Notes: a model not told the origin generated them from the letters alone. Positions 48,972 to 58,988 are shown, counted from the stretch's first letter. The stretch is 64,000 nucleotides of DNA from Candidatus Moraniibacteriota bacterium (GCA_963743885.1 CAVURJ010000002.1:369706-433705); one strand, 5' to 3'. A program made the numbers and translations.

Positions 48972-50035
48972 TGAAGGTTGGATCCTATGAATTCCTGATT
49001 GCCGCGGACAAACTCCGCGATGCCCATCCGGGTCTTGCCTTCGAGCTGGATCTCTTCAAGAAAGATAATACCGGATCCAGCCTGGACACCGACTTTCTCA
49101 CCGACCTCGACGACCTGGCCGAGCGGATAGCCTGCCTGTGGGGACTGTTTCTGATATGACACTTTATGAAGCTTGAGACGGAGCAGTCCATCATCCTTCT
49201 TCCAGAAAGCGAAGATGCCCGGCCAAGGGAAAAGCGCCCGGTAACGGTTGTAGATGCTTTCGGCATCATCAGTCCAGACGATATGGCCATCATTACGCTC
49301 GATCAGCTGGCAGAGCGTCGCTTGGCTACCATCTTGCGGCGTAGCCGATATCGTGCGCCGTACCCATACCGGAAGCGTCCGGAGGAGCAGATCGCGCCCA
49401 AGACCGGTCAAGCGGAGCAAGAGGAGCTCTTTCGTCTCGTCCGGACCGATATCCGTCCTTTCCTGGGCTATGATATCACCTGTATCCATGCCTTTGTCCA
49501 TGAGCATAATCGTCACACCCGTCTCGGTCTCACCAGCCAGAAGCGCGTTCTGGATAGGGGAGGCACCTCGCCATTTCGGCAGAAGCGACGCATGCACATT
49601 GATGCAGCCAAAACCAGGGATATCGAGTACGGACTGCGGCAGGATCTTGCCATAGGCGGCGACAACGATCAGATCTGGCTTCCAAAGAGCGATCTTCTTG
49701 ATCGCCTCTTCGTCCAGCTTCTCGGGCTGTTCAATGGAGAGTGAGTGCTCAAGCGCGACTTCCTTGACGCGACTCGCGACTGGCTCCTGTTCGCGACCAG
49801 CCGGCTTGTCCGGCTTTGTGACAACACCAACGACATTGTACCCATCATCAATGAGGCCATCGAGCATGACTGCGGCAAACTCCGGCGTGCCCATGAAGAC
49901 GACTCGAATCTTGGTGTTAGCACCGTTTTCCTTCGGCGATGCCACCGATGCCGAAGAGGTCACCGTCACGGGTATTGACTGGGAGTCGTCAGGCTCCTCA
50001 TTCTTTCCCGGCTTCATCATATCGATCCAGGCCAT
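48968..50035 (-). CDS. fmt: Methionyl-tRNA formyltransferase
   Basis: FMGTPEFA, HASLLPKWRGASPIQ, and a C-terminal Fmt domain. There is an N-terminal extension of about 45 aa. Confidence 0.85.
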   Translation of the reverse strand: MAWIDMMKPGKNEEPDDSQSIPVTVTSSASVASPKENGANTKIRVVFMGTPEFAAVMLDGLIDDGYNVVGVVTKPDKPAGREQEPVASRVKEVALEHSLSIEQPEKLDEEAIKKIALWKPDLIVVAAYGKILPQSVLDIPGFGCINVHASLLPKWRGASPIQNALLAGETETGVTIMLMDKGMDTGDIIAQERTDIGPDETKELLLLRLTGLGRDLLLRTLPVWVRRTISATPQDGSQATLCQLIERNDGHIVWTDDAESIYNRYRALFPWPGIFAFWKKDDGLLRLKLHKVSYQKQSPQAGYPLGQVVEVGEKVGVQAGSGIIFLEEIQLEGKTRMGIAEFVRGNQEFIGSNLQ

Positions 50036-50052
50036 AGGTATGAGATACTATC

Positions 50053-50541
50053 TTAGAGTTTTATCTTTGCTTGCTTCTGCTGCTTCTTGTAACGGTCGCA
50101 AATGAGGATGCCATCGAGATGATCGACTTCGTGCTGGATGACGATAGCGAGGAAGCCTTCCGCACGGAGCTTTTTCGGCAAGCCTTTCTCGTTGAGATAT
50201 TTCACCGTCAAGCCCTCCGATCGGACGATAGGGAAGAATTCGCCTGGAAGTGACAGGCAACCTTCCTCAAAGAGAATCTTCTCCTGCGAGAGCGAAGTGA
50301 TCTCGGGATTGATGAGAAAATACTGCTTTTCGTCGACTTCCATGACAGCGAGACGAATCGACTGACCAATCTGCGGCGCCGCGAGACCAACACCTTCCTC
50401 GCGATGCATCGTCTCAATCATTTCAGGCAGGAGTGCTTGAATCTCAGGCGCGAGCGGATCCGCGACGAGTGCAGTCTTCGCGTGAAGCATGTCATTCTTG
50501 GCACCAGTAACGAGAGAGAGCATATGCAATAAGGGAATCAA
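50053..50541 (-). CDS. def: Peptide deformylase
   Basis: GLAAPQIGQ, EGCLSLPG and QHEVDHLDG motifs. Confidence 0.9.
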   Translation of the reverse strand: MIPLLHMLSLVTGAKNDMLHAKTALVADPLAPEIQALLPEMIETMHREEGVGLAAPQIGQSIRLAVMEVDEKQYFLINPEITSLSQEKILFEEGCLSLPGEFFPIVRSEGLTVKYLNEKGLPKKLRAEGFLAIVIQHEVDHLDGILICDRYKKQQKQAKIKL

Positions 50542-52514
50542 TAGAACGAGAGGGGATCGACATCGATGATACAGGATGTGTCTTTGGCGAACGGGCGGAG
50601 CTCGGCATAGGGCAGCTCTTCCGAAACCGGTACGCGAAGCAGGAATGCACTCTCGGAGATCCGCTGCCGCTGCAGTGTCCGCGCAGTCCGCGGCGCGCTC
50701 TGCCTGATAGGCAGATGCTGCTTGAGAAATGCTTGCTTGAGGCTCTCAGCGGCTTTTCCTGCCAGGCGCTCAGCCTTCTTCGGATCAGGATCACGGAAAG
50801 AAAGAGCGACAAGCCTTGAAAAGGGCGGGTAGCCGAGTCCTTCGCGGTCGGCAGTCAGACGCTTCGCGAACTCGTAACTGTCATACGCCGACACCTGCTG
50901 CAAAAAGGCGCTTTCCGGATGGAACGTCTGGATGACGACCTGTCCGGGGCCGACTCTTTTCACGGCCCGTTCCAGATGCTGGAAGAGGCGCTCATCGGAG
51001 CGAAAATCCGGGAAAGAAAGCAGGCTATCCGCATCAATCATACCAATCAGAGCGAGTTTCGGCAAGGCAAAATCCTTAAGGATCATCTGTGTCCCGATGA
51101 GGATATCGATCTTTCCTGAGGCTGATTTTTCATAAAGATCCTCCGCCGCTCCTGGCTTGCGCATGGTCGAGCTGTCAGCCCGAAAGACAGATGCACCAGG
51201 AAACATCTTACGGACCTCCTTCTCCACGCGCTCGGTACCGAAACCGATGTTCCGGAAAGAGAGGTGGCCGCACTGCGGACACTTTGGGAAAAGCCCTGTC
51301 TTCCAACCGCAGCCGAGACAGCGATAATCACCGTCTTTCGTCCCGGTGAGCGTTTTGCCGCACTCCGGACAACGGAAGATGCTCTTGCAATCTTCGCAGA
51401 CCGAGAATGCGCTCATACCCTGGCGATGAATATAGAGCAGTGCCTGTCCTCCCGATGCGAGCACTGATCGGATCCGGGCGACGAGATCTTCCGAGAGAGG
51501 GGAGTAATTCTTCCTCCATCGCTCTAGGCGGAGGTTGACGACAGCAAGCTTTCCGCCGAATGCCGGCAAAAGAGAGAGTGGGCGAAGCGGCACGAATTCG
51601 TTGACTGCGATATGGTAGCGGCTCTCGATGCTCGGCGTCTCGGATACAAAGAGCAGCCTGGAATGATGGAGTCCCGAGAGGATGGTAGCAGCACGGCGGG
51701 CATCGTAGCGCGGGCTCATATCCCACTGCTTGTAGCTCTCATCCTGCTCTTCGGCGATGACGATGAGCCCGAGACCCTTCCAGGGGGCGAAAAGACCCTG
51801 GCGGGTAGCGATGACAACCTTCGCCTCACCAGCGCGGATCCGCTCCCAGGTTTCGCAGTACGGACCATCCGCCAGCTGACTATGGAGCACGGCGATATCC
51901 TCGGCCGGAAAATACGTCCGATAAGCAGCCTCGAACGCCGGAATGAGCGTGATCTCTGGGACGAGCACGAGAACTTGCCGCTTCTTCGTCATCGCTTTCT
52001 TCGAGAGGAGCGCGAGACAATGCTTCGGGTCATCAAGTCCGGTCGTATCGAGATAGAGCGGCGCATCAGCCTGACTTTTCCCGAAGATAGCGAGCGGCAC
52101 CGACTCGTCCTTGCGCGCTTTCAATGCGAGCGGCTTCTCTTTTTCGGCAGCCGCCTTCTTCCTTGCCTTCGCCTGCTTCGGCAGAAAATGCTTGAGCGTC
52201 TTGCCAAGCGGCGTCAGGTATTCCTCGCTGATCGCTTCGGCGAGCGTGCGCTGCTCCTCGGATAGATGCGCGGATGATATGACGCTCGAGACATGCTTCA
52301 TCCACTGTGGGGCGCGGCCCGGGAACGCTTGGCTCTTCCAAACCACGCCTTCGATCTCGCGTTTGCCGAAAGGCATCCGAACGAGCGACCCAGGAACGAT
52401 GTCTGTATCAGAGAGGTAGCTGAAAAACGGTGACCGACTCAGGGGCAAGATCACGAGCGGAGCGATTTCCAGGCGGTAGAGTGATGTTTTCTTCATGCCT
52501 TCATAGTAGCACAT
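50538..52514 (-). CDS. priA: Primosomal protein N' (replication-restart helicase PriA)
   Basis: Helicase motifs, Cys4 zinc-binding insertions (CEDCKSIFRCPECG...CLGCGW...CPQCG), 658 aa, 4-bp overlap with def. Confidence 0.85.
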   Translation of the reverse strand: MCYYEGMKKTSLYRLEIAPLVILPLSRSPFFSYLSDTDIVPGSLVRMPFGKREIEGVVWKSQAFPGRAPQWMKHVSSVISSAHLSEEQRTLAEAISEEYLTPLGKTLKHFLPKQAKARKKAAAEKEKPLALKARKDESVPLAIFGKSQADAPLYLDTTGLDDPKHCLALLSKKAMTKKRQVLVLVPEITLIPAFEAAYRTYFPAEDIAVLHSQLADGPYCETWERIRAGEAKVVIATRQGLFAPWKGLGLIVIAEEQDESYKQWDMSPRYDARRAATILSGLHHSRLLFVSETPSIESRYHIAVNEFVPLRPLSLLPAFGGKLAVVNLRLERWRKNYSPLSEDLVARIRSVLASGGQALLYIHRQGMSAFSVCEDCKSIFRCPECGKTLTGTKDGDYRCLGCGWKTGLFPKCPQCGHLSFRNIGFGTERVEKEVRKMFPGASVFRADSSTMRKPGAAEDLYEKSASGKIDILIGTQMILKDFALPKLALIGMIDADSLLSFPDFRSDERLFQHLERAVKRVGPGQVVIQTFHPESAFLQQVSAYDSYEFAKRLTADREGLGYPPFSRLVALSFRDPDPKKAERLAGKAAESLKQAFLKQHLPIRQSAPRTARTLQRQRISESAFLLRVPVSEELPYAELRPFAKDTSCIIDVDPLSFY

Positions 52515-52743
52515 GGTGTCATGGATTACAGGCTTGGTTTTCCCTTCTGTGGCCGATGTCGAACATGCCTGACTCGCTCACCGAACAGGGAGCTATCCGG
52601 TCGAAGCATCCCGTCACGCTCGACCGTTACCGGCTCGCTCATCACGCCTGTTACCGACATCTTACCAATGAAGAGGAAAACCAAGCCTGTAATCCTAGAC
52701 TTGTATTTGATTTTTTGGCTCAAATAGGCTATCATCAACACAT

Positions 52744-53292
52744 ATGAACAAGACCCGAAGATTATTCGTCGGTATCCCGCTCTCTCCGCCACTTCGGAAG
52801 CGGCTGAAAAAGGAGATGCTTTCCTGGCCCAAGGAGGCCGTGCTTCAGACTGCCGAAGACAACCTCCACGTGACGCTCATGTTCCTCGGATTCGTCCATG
52901 AGGAGGACGTGCCGGAGATGTGCGCCCGGGTAGGGGAGGTCTGCGAGGATATTCAGGCTTTTGAGCTTTCCTTCACCGGTATGGAGCTCCAGGATAGCGA
53001 GGAAAATCCAAAGACGATCTGGCTCCGCGGCGAGCCGAGCGAGGAACTGAAGGCGCTCCGCGAAGCGCTCGAAAAGGCGTTCTCAGCCTTCATCACGGAA
53101 AAGAAAGCCTACCGTCCGCATATCACGCTTGCCAAGATCAAGAAGTCAAAGTGGCTGAAACTGGAAACAAAGCCAGCACTCAAAGAGAAGATCAACCTCA
53201 TCGAGCCGGTCGATACAGTCGCGGTCTTCGAGAGTCTTTCAATCGACGGCAAACGCCGCTATGAGCAGATAGATACCTTTCCGCTCGAATAA
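52744..53292 (+). CDS. thpR: RNA 2',3'-cyclic phosphodiesterase (2H phosphoesterase, ThpR/LigT)
   Basis: Two H-x-T-x motifs (HVTLMF, HITLAK), 182 aa. Confidence 0.8.
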   Translation: MNKTRRLFVGIPLSPPLRKRLKKEMLSWPKEAVLQTAEDNLHVTLMFLGFVHEEDVPEMCARVGEVCEDIQAFELSFTGMELQDSEENPKTIWLRGEPSEELKALREALEKAFSAFITEKKAYRPHITLAKIKKSKWLKLETKPALKEKINLIEPVDTVAVFESLSIDGKRRYEQIDTFPLE

Positions 53293-53336
53293 CGAGCGCG
53301 TAACTGGTAATTTGTAAATCGGTAACTGGGAAGAGG

Positions 53337-54059
53337 ATGGAGATACTCGGCATCCCGATAGACAATCTTTCTAAAAAAGAGGTCCTGAATCATATCCGGG
53401 GATTTTTGGATGAACCAAGATACCATCGCACCGCGACGGTCAACCCAGAGTTCCTCTTGCTTGCAGAGCAGGATGCTGCATTCCATGAAGCACTCCTCGC
53501 GGCCGACCTCCGTATTACTGACGGCTTTGGCATCGTCCTTGCTGGACTACTCCACGGCCGATGCATCACACGTTTTCCCGGGGCTGATCTCATGGAAGCG
53601 ATCTTGGAAATCGCGAACAAACACAAGCTTTCGATCTACCTCGCCGTCCGCGCTGACGGACTCTCTTCGTATGAGGAGGTGGCGACGGCGATATCAAAAA
53701 AATATCCGGGCTTGAATATTGATGGTGCAAATATGGATACGGAATCCGTATGCCGTATACCGTATGCCGGCATCGGAACCGATATACGATATACGAAATA
53801 CGATATACTCCTCTGCAACTTCGGCGCGCCCGAACAAGAACTCTTTCTCGCAAATCTGAAAAACAATCCTAAAAATATACGCCTCGGCATGGGTGTCGGC
53901 GGCAGCTTCGATTATCTGACTGGCAAACTACGCCGCGCCCCGAAGTGCCTACGCATGTTCGGTCTCGAGTGGCTCTGGCGCCTCATCCTCCAACCGAAAC
54001 GTTTCGGGCGCATCTGGAACGCTGTGATCGTCTTTCCTTGGAGATGCATGACTAGATGA
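53337..54059 (+). CDS. GT26 WecB/TagA/CpsF-family glycosyltransferase
   Basis: ILGIPIDNLS ... ATVNPEF ... ITDGFGIV ... DILLCNFGAPEQE, with a low-complexity insert at 53741-53812. Confidence 0.8.
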   Translation: MEILGIPIDNLSKKEVLNHIRGFLDEPRYHRTATVNPEFLLLAEQDAAFHEALLAADLRITDGFGIVLAGLLHGRCITRFPGADLMEAILEIANKHKLSIYLAVRADGLSSYEEVATAISKKYPGLNIDGANMDTESVCRIPYAGIGTDIRYTKYDILLCNFGAPEQELFLANLKNNPKNIRLGMGVGGSFDYLTGKLRRAPKCLRMFGLEWLWRLILQPKRFGRIWNAVIVFPWRCMTR

Positions 54060-54072
54060 CAAACAATATTTT

Positions 54073-54687
54073 ATGAAACATTTTTTACAAAGCGATAGGT
54101 TCCTTTATTTACTATTTGGGCTTTCTATTTTTTCCATCGTATTAAATGCATTCCCGGGATTACTGTGGAGCATAGTCACTTGGGAAAACGGGAGGATATT
54201 TGAATTGTTATTCTTATTTGCTACAGCACTAGGTGTTTTTCTTGCTTTTTATCAATTTAGAATTACGAATGAAAGACAGAAAAAGATTGATTACTCTTCG
54301 GTAAGTGTAAATATAAAAAGCGGAACGGAAGGGGAAGTGGGAATATTTACTATTACAAATTATGGTGATATTGAGCACATGATAAGGGTTGAAAAAGCCA
54401 TACTTAATGACGGTACGCAAACACCAACTGATTCAGAGATAGACACCCCGTCATTTGAAAAAGTATTTTTTGGATTGATCAAGCCAAAACAGAATATAGA
54501 TCTTCATTTATTTAATTTATCAATTGAAGAAATCTTTGTTTATCGTGGATTAGTAAGACTAACAATTGATAATAAGGTAATTACGGAAACTAAGGTCAAG
54601 TTTTCTGGAAAACATGCAGAGACCATCAAAGATAAATGCCAATATTTGCACCCATTCTATAAATGGATCATATACTCTCAGAAATAG
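54073..54687 (+). CDS. Hypothetical membrane-anchored protein encoded in an AT-rich island
   Basis: 204 aa with N-terminal TM helices. GC is about 35% against about 58% in the flanks. Confidence 0.4.
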   Translation: MKHFLQSDRFLYLLFGLSIFSIVLNAFPGLLWSIVTWENGRIFELLFLFATALGVFLAFYQFRITNERQKKIDYSSVSVNIKSGTEGEVGIFTITNYGDIEHMIRVEKAILNDGTQTPTDSEIDTPSFEKVFFGLIKPKQNIDLHLFNLSIEEIFVYRGLVRLTIDNKVITETKVKFSGKHAETIKDKCQYLHPFYKWIIYSQK

Positions 54688-54773
54688 ATTACTTGGCAAA
54701 ATAGCTAAATAATGCCATAATTTAGCCATAAATTGCTTTCCGTTTTCTGCTAATTGTTGACTGTTGACTGCTT

Positions 54774-56312
54774 ATGTCTGTCCGTGTCCGTTTTGCCCCA
54801 TCACCGACCGGTTATCTCCATGTCGGAGGTCTCCGTACTGCGCTCTATAATTATCTCTTCGCCAAGCGCCACGGCGGCACGTTCATTCTGCGCGTCGAGG
54901 ATACTGATCGGAACCGTTTCGTCGAAGGAGCGGTCGAGAGCCTGGCACAGGTGATGGAAACGACCGGCCTCATCCCGAATGAAGGCGTATTTAGACAGTC
55001 AACAGTCAACAGTCAACAGTCAACAACTCAGGAATCGAAGAACTATCCTGGAATGGTGGAGGTCGGCGAGCATGGTCCGTACATCCAGTCCGAGCGTCTC
55101 GATATCTATCGGCAGTATGCGGACGAGCTTCTTGCGAACGGCAAGGCCTATCATTGTTTCTGCACAGCCGAGCGTCTCGAGCAGGTGCGCGCGGAGCAAT
55201 CAGCGAACAAGCAAGCGCCGCGATATGACAAGCACTGCCTCGCCTTGCCGAAGGACGAGGTAGAGCGCCGGATCAATGCGGGGGAACCGCACGTCATCCG
55301 TCTCAATGTTTCCATCGACAGGGGAGATATCGTCTTTGATGATCTCGTACGTGGATCAGTGAAGATCAATGCCAAGGACATCGACGATCAGGTACTCATG
55401 AAGTCGGATGGTTTCCCGACCTATCATCTCGCGAACGTCGTCGATGACCATCTCATGGAGATCTCGCACGTCATCCGTGCTGAAGAGTGGCTACCATCGA
55501 CGCCGAAACATATCCTGCTCTACGAAGCGTTCGGTTGGGAGGCGCCGCAGTTCGCACACATTCCGCTCCTTCTTAATCCTGACAAGAGCAAGCTCTCCAA
55601 GCGCCAGGGTGATGTCGCTGTTGAAGACTATCTCAAGAAGGGCTACCTCAAAGAAGCGCTCATCAACTTCGTCGCCCTCCTCGGATGGAATCCAGGATCC
55701 GGCAGCACGGAAGAAATCTTCTCGCTCGATGAGCTCGCTGCAATTTTTGATCTCGCCCAGGTCCACAAGGCCGGCGCCGTCTTCGATCTGAAAAAACTCG
55801 ACTGGATGAACGCCGAATACATCAAGCAACTCACTCTGGATGATCTTTATGAGAAAGCTTTGCCTTTCTTAGAATCAAGAATCCAGAATCAAGAATCCAG
55901 AATCAAGAACCAAAATGAAAATGTGACATTTTTAAAAAAGGTATTAGCGATAGAACAGGAAAGATTGGCGAAATTATCTGACGCTGGTGTGAACAATCCG
56001 TTCTTCTTCGCCGAACCGTCATACGAAGCGGTGCTCCTCAACTGGAAAGACAACTCAGCCGAAGCGACCAAGGAAGCGCTCGAGAAGGCGCATGGCATCC
56101 TTGAGAATCTCACCGATATCGAATGGGAGAAGCGCGACGTCATCGAACGAATCCTGCTCGAAGCAGCAGGGGAGAAGCGCGGCGATTTCCTCTGGCCGCT
56201 CCGCGTCGCCCTGACCGGTGCACAGAAGTCCCCTTCGCCATCCGACTGCGCCTGGGTGCTCGGCCGCGATATGAGCCTCATCCGCATCCGCCAGGCCATC
56301 GAAAAACTTTAG
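54774..56312 (+). CDS. gltX: Glutamyl-tRNA synthetase
   Basis: RFAPSPTGYLHVGG (HIGH), KLSKRQG (KMSKS), 512 aa. It carries two embedded tandem-repeat inserts. Confidence 0.9.
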   Translation: MSVRVRFAPSPTGYLHVGGLRTALYNYLFAKRHGGTFILRVEDTDRNRFVEGAVESLAQVMETTGLIPNEGVFRQSTVNSQQSTTQESKNYPGMVEVGEHGPYIQSERLDIYRQYADELLANGKAYHCFCTAERLEQVRAEQSANKQAPRYDKHCLALPKDEVERRINAGEPHVIRLNVSIDRGDIVFDDLVRGSVKINAKDIDDQVLMKSDGFPTYHLANVVDDHLMEISHVIRAEEWLPSTPKHILLYEAFGWEAPQFAHIPLLLNPDKSKLSKRQGDVAVEDYLKKGYLKEALINFVALLGWNPGSGSTEEIFSLDELAAIFDLAQVHKAGAVFDLKKLDWMNAEYIKQLTLDDLYEKALPFLESRIQNQESRIKNQNENVTFLKKVLAIEQERLAKLSDAGVNNPFFFAEPSYEAVLLNWKDNSAEATKEALEKAHGILENLTDIEWEKRDVIERILLEAAGEKRGDFLWPLRVALTGAQKSPSPSDCAWVLGRDMSLIRIRQAIEKL

Positions 56313-56336
56313 GTAACTTTGTTCAAATTTCGCTGA

Positions 56337-56378
56337 AACAGGCTTATCCGCCAGCCGGCGGAGGCCTGTTTTCGTTTG
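56337..56378 (+). terminator. Intrinsic terminator after gltX
   Basis: AACAGGCttatCCGCCagccGGCGGaGGCCTGTTttcgttt. Confidence 0.7.
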
Positions 56379-56400
56379 TGGTATACTAAAAGGTACTGCG

Positions 56401-57660
56401 ATGGATACAAAAAAAACACACTACAGTACCGCTTCTTGGATCATAGCGGCCGCGTTCTGCGGTATGCTCGCTTTCCCTATCCAGACAGCCCTCGCTGCCG
56501 ACGATCTCGATGATCTGGAAGACCAGTATGATGAGAACGCCGCCAAGATCAAAGCCTACAACAAAATCATCGAACTAAAACAACGACAAGGTATCACGCT
56601 CTCGAGTCAGATCGCCACGCTCCAATCCCAGACCGACAAGCTGGAAAAGGAGATCGGCGAGAACAAGCAGAAACTCGAGGATCTCGAGGGGAGTATCACC
56701 GCTCTTTCTTCGCGCATCACCGAGAAGGAAAGCGTGATCAACCAGCAGCGCCGGATGCTCTCGGAGCTCATGCGCTCCTCATACGACGATGCGCTCATTG
56801 GCGCCGTCGTCCCGGTCGTCTTTTCTCCAGCGGAAGCGCTCGGCTATTTCCGCAGGGAAGATGCTTCTGCTGCCGCAAGCGACAAGCTGCGCGATATGCT
56901 CGACTCGATGAAGACGCTCCGCGAAAGCCTCGTCAAGGAAAAATCTGATCTCGACCAGAAGAGAAAAGAAGCCGGCGACATCCACGCCCAACTTCTCGAA
57001 CAGAATAGCTACCTCGAGAGCGCCGAGAGTAGCAAGCGTTCCCTCCTCGCCAAGACATCCGCCGAACAACAGAAATATGCCACGCTCGTGAAGTCACTCG
57101 AGGAAGAACAGAAGGATATCGAAGATGAAATCAACAACCTTCAGGCCGGAGAGATCGGATCGCTCTCCGATGCTGATATGCCGAAGTCGCAGAAAGGCCT
57201 GCTTGACTGGCCGGTCAGCAAAGTCACTATCACTCAAGGCTACGGCATGACCTCGTACGCCAAGAAGGGCGCCTACGGCGGCGGCCCGCACAACGGCATC
57301 GATTTCGGCATTCCGACCGGCACATCTATCTATGCGCCGCTCGGCGGCAAAGTCGCCGCGACCGGCAGCATGTACAAGAATAGTCGCTGGTACGGCTATG
57401 GCCGATGGATCGCCATCGACCACGGCAACGGCATGGTGACCCTCTATGGCCACCTCTCTTCCATATCCGCCAAGAAGGGCGCGACTGTGAAGGCTGGGGA
57501 TAAGATCGGTTCCTCCGGTAACACCGGCTATTCCACTGGCCCGCACCTCCATTTCTCCGTCTTTTCATCCAAGTCATTCAAGGTCGTGCCTTCGTCGAAA
57601 GTCAAAGGCGTCTATCTGCCATACGGCGCGCACGTCAATCCGACGAAGTATCTTCCGTAA
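56401..57660 (+). CDS. M23-family (LytM) peptidoglycan endopeptidase with an N-terminal coiled-coil
   Basis: Signal/TM helix, a coiled-coil region, HNGIDFGIPTGTSIYAP ... GYGRWIAIDHGNG ... GPHLHFSV. Confidence 0.85.
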   Translation: MDTKKTHYSTASWIIAAAFCGMLAFPIQTALAADDLDDLEDQYDENAAKIKAYNKIIELKQRQGITLSSQIATLQSQTDKLEKEIGENKQKLEDLEGSITALSSRITEKESVINQQRRMLSELMRSSYDDALIGAVVPVVFSPAEALGYFRREDASAAASDKLRDMLDSMKTLRESLVKEKSDLDQKRKEAGDIHAQLLEQNSYLESAESSKRSLLAKTSAEQQKYATLVKSLEEEQKDIEDEINNLQAGEIGSLSDADMPKSQKGLLDWPVSKVTITQGYGMTSYAKKGAYGGGPHNGIDFGIPTGTSIYAPLGGKVAATGSMYKNSRWYGYGRWIAIDHGNGMVTLYGHLSSISAKKGATVKAGDKIGSSGNTGYSTGPHLHFSVFSSKSFKVVPSSKVKGVYLPYGAHVNPTKYLP

Positions 57661-57671
57661 AATTCCAATTG

Positions 57672-57710
57672 CCAGTTAACGGGTTCGAGAGCTAACGTGT
57701 TACGTTAAAG
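57672..57710. promoter_or_regulatory. GTTAACG-containing motif, copy 3
   Basis: cagttaacgggttcgagagctaacgtgttacgttaaag (28 of 32 positions identical to 6228-6259). Confidence 0.45.
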
Positions 57711-57718
57711 AATTTCTT

Positions 57719-58486
57719 ATGGCTGCAAAGAAAAAATCGTATCCGATACGGACACGATTCGCGAAAGATATCGTGGCCGAAGTCATGTTGCCAGAGCACC
57801 AGAAGGGGAGGGTAGCAATCATCTGCACCGGAGCCCCCTCTTCGCCATCAAAAAAAGATCGCCTAAGTTTTCTTGCTGATCAAGGCTACGTCGTCATCGC
57901 GCTGCGCTATCGCGGTACCTGGGAAAGCCAGGGGAATTTCCTCGAAAAATCTCCAGCTCAAGACGTCAAAGATGTCATCAACGATCTGATGAGACATGGT
58001 AGCATCCGTGATCTCCATACAGAAGAGGTGATACCCGTACGGGTATCTGCCGTCCATCTCTTCGGATCATCATTCGGGGGACCGGCCGTTATCATGAACT
58101 CACATCTGCCGATCGTGAAGAAGATTATCGCGATCTCCCCTGTCATCGACTGGAAAGAAGAAGGGGAAGATGAACCGTTCGACTTCTTCGTCCGCTTCAC
58201 CCGGGAAGCCTTCGGCGGCGCCTACCGGACCAGACATGCGGATGATTGGCAGAAGCTCATCCGGACAGACTTCTATGATCCGATAGCGCACACGGATACG
58301 ATCGACGGCAAAAAAATACTCATCATCCATACGAAGGATGATACCGTCGTACCAGTAGGACCGGTCATCCCATTCGCAGAAGCGACCGGAGCATCATACT
58401 ATATCAAACCGAAAGGCGGACACGTACCACCCATCACGCATAAGTTTCTCTGGAAGAAGATCGACACCTTCCTTAAGAAAAAATAG
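57719..58486 (+). CDS. Alpha/beta-hydrolase (dienelactone-hydrolase/S9-like)
   Basis: Nucleophile elbow GSSFGG and a C-terminal catalytic D/H region (HTKDDTVVP ... GGHVP). Confidence 0.6.
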   Translation: MAAKKKSYPIRTRFAKDIVAEVMLPEHQKGRVAIICTGAPSSPSKKDRLSFLADQGYVVIALRYRGTWESQGNFLEKSPAQDVKDVINDLMRHGSIRDLHTEEVIPVRVSAVHLFGSSFGGPAVIMNSHLPIVKKIIAISPVIDWKEEGEDEPFDFFVRFTREAFGGAYRTRHADDWQKLIRTDFYDPIAHTDTIDGKKILIIHTKDDTVVPVGPVIPFAEATGASYYIKPKGGHVPPITHKFLWKKIDTFLKKK

Positions 58487-58552
58487 TCTTTGCATCCAAG
58501 AATCCCAATTCGTATCATTCGAATATTTTTCTGGTCATTTGGGTCGATACGG

Positions 58553-58625
58553 AGATACATAGATGTACCCCTGTGATGGATGAAACTCCTTAGAAACGAT
58601 TATACGCATCCGTTTTCCGAACATT
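58553..58625. repeat. Integrase-proximal direct repeat, copy 1
   Basis: gatacatagatgtaccc ... gaaac..tagaaacgattatacgcatccgttt. Confidence 0.6.
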
Positions 58626-58917
58626 TCCCTCATTTTTCAGATTCAAGACTCCCCTGTGATATTTCACGAAAAACGGGGGGTTTTTATTACCAAACGAAGC
58701 GAGTGAAACGAAAGTAAACTTTCGTTTTCGAGCGAGTGCAGGTAAAATCGGGTTAAATACCCTCCGCCTCTGGCGGAGAGGGATTGAGTCCAGGGCTTGC
58801 CCTGGTGTGAATACCCGTTATATCTGAAATATGAAATATAAAAATGAAAAAATAATGAGGCCAGATACCAGCAAGACCTCTTACATAGAGATATGCCATA
58901 AGAATGAGCGAGGGGAA

Positions 58918-58988
58918 GGATACATAGATGTACCTCCCATGTATTCCGAAACGCTCAGAAACGATCATGCGCATCCGTTTCGGGGATG
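58918..58988. repeat. Integrase-proximal direct repeat, copy 2
   Basis: gatacatagatgtacctc ... gaaacgctcagaaacgatcatgcgcatccgttt. Confidence 0.6.

Noticed and set aside
58741-58815. Possible tRNA or tRNA fragment next to the integrase (ggattgagtcc T-loop-like)
   Set aside because: No cloverleaf could be built on either strand. It contains only simple hairpins.
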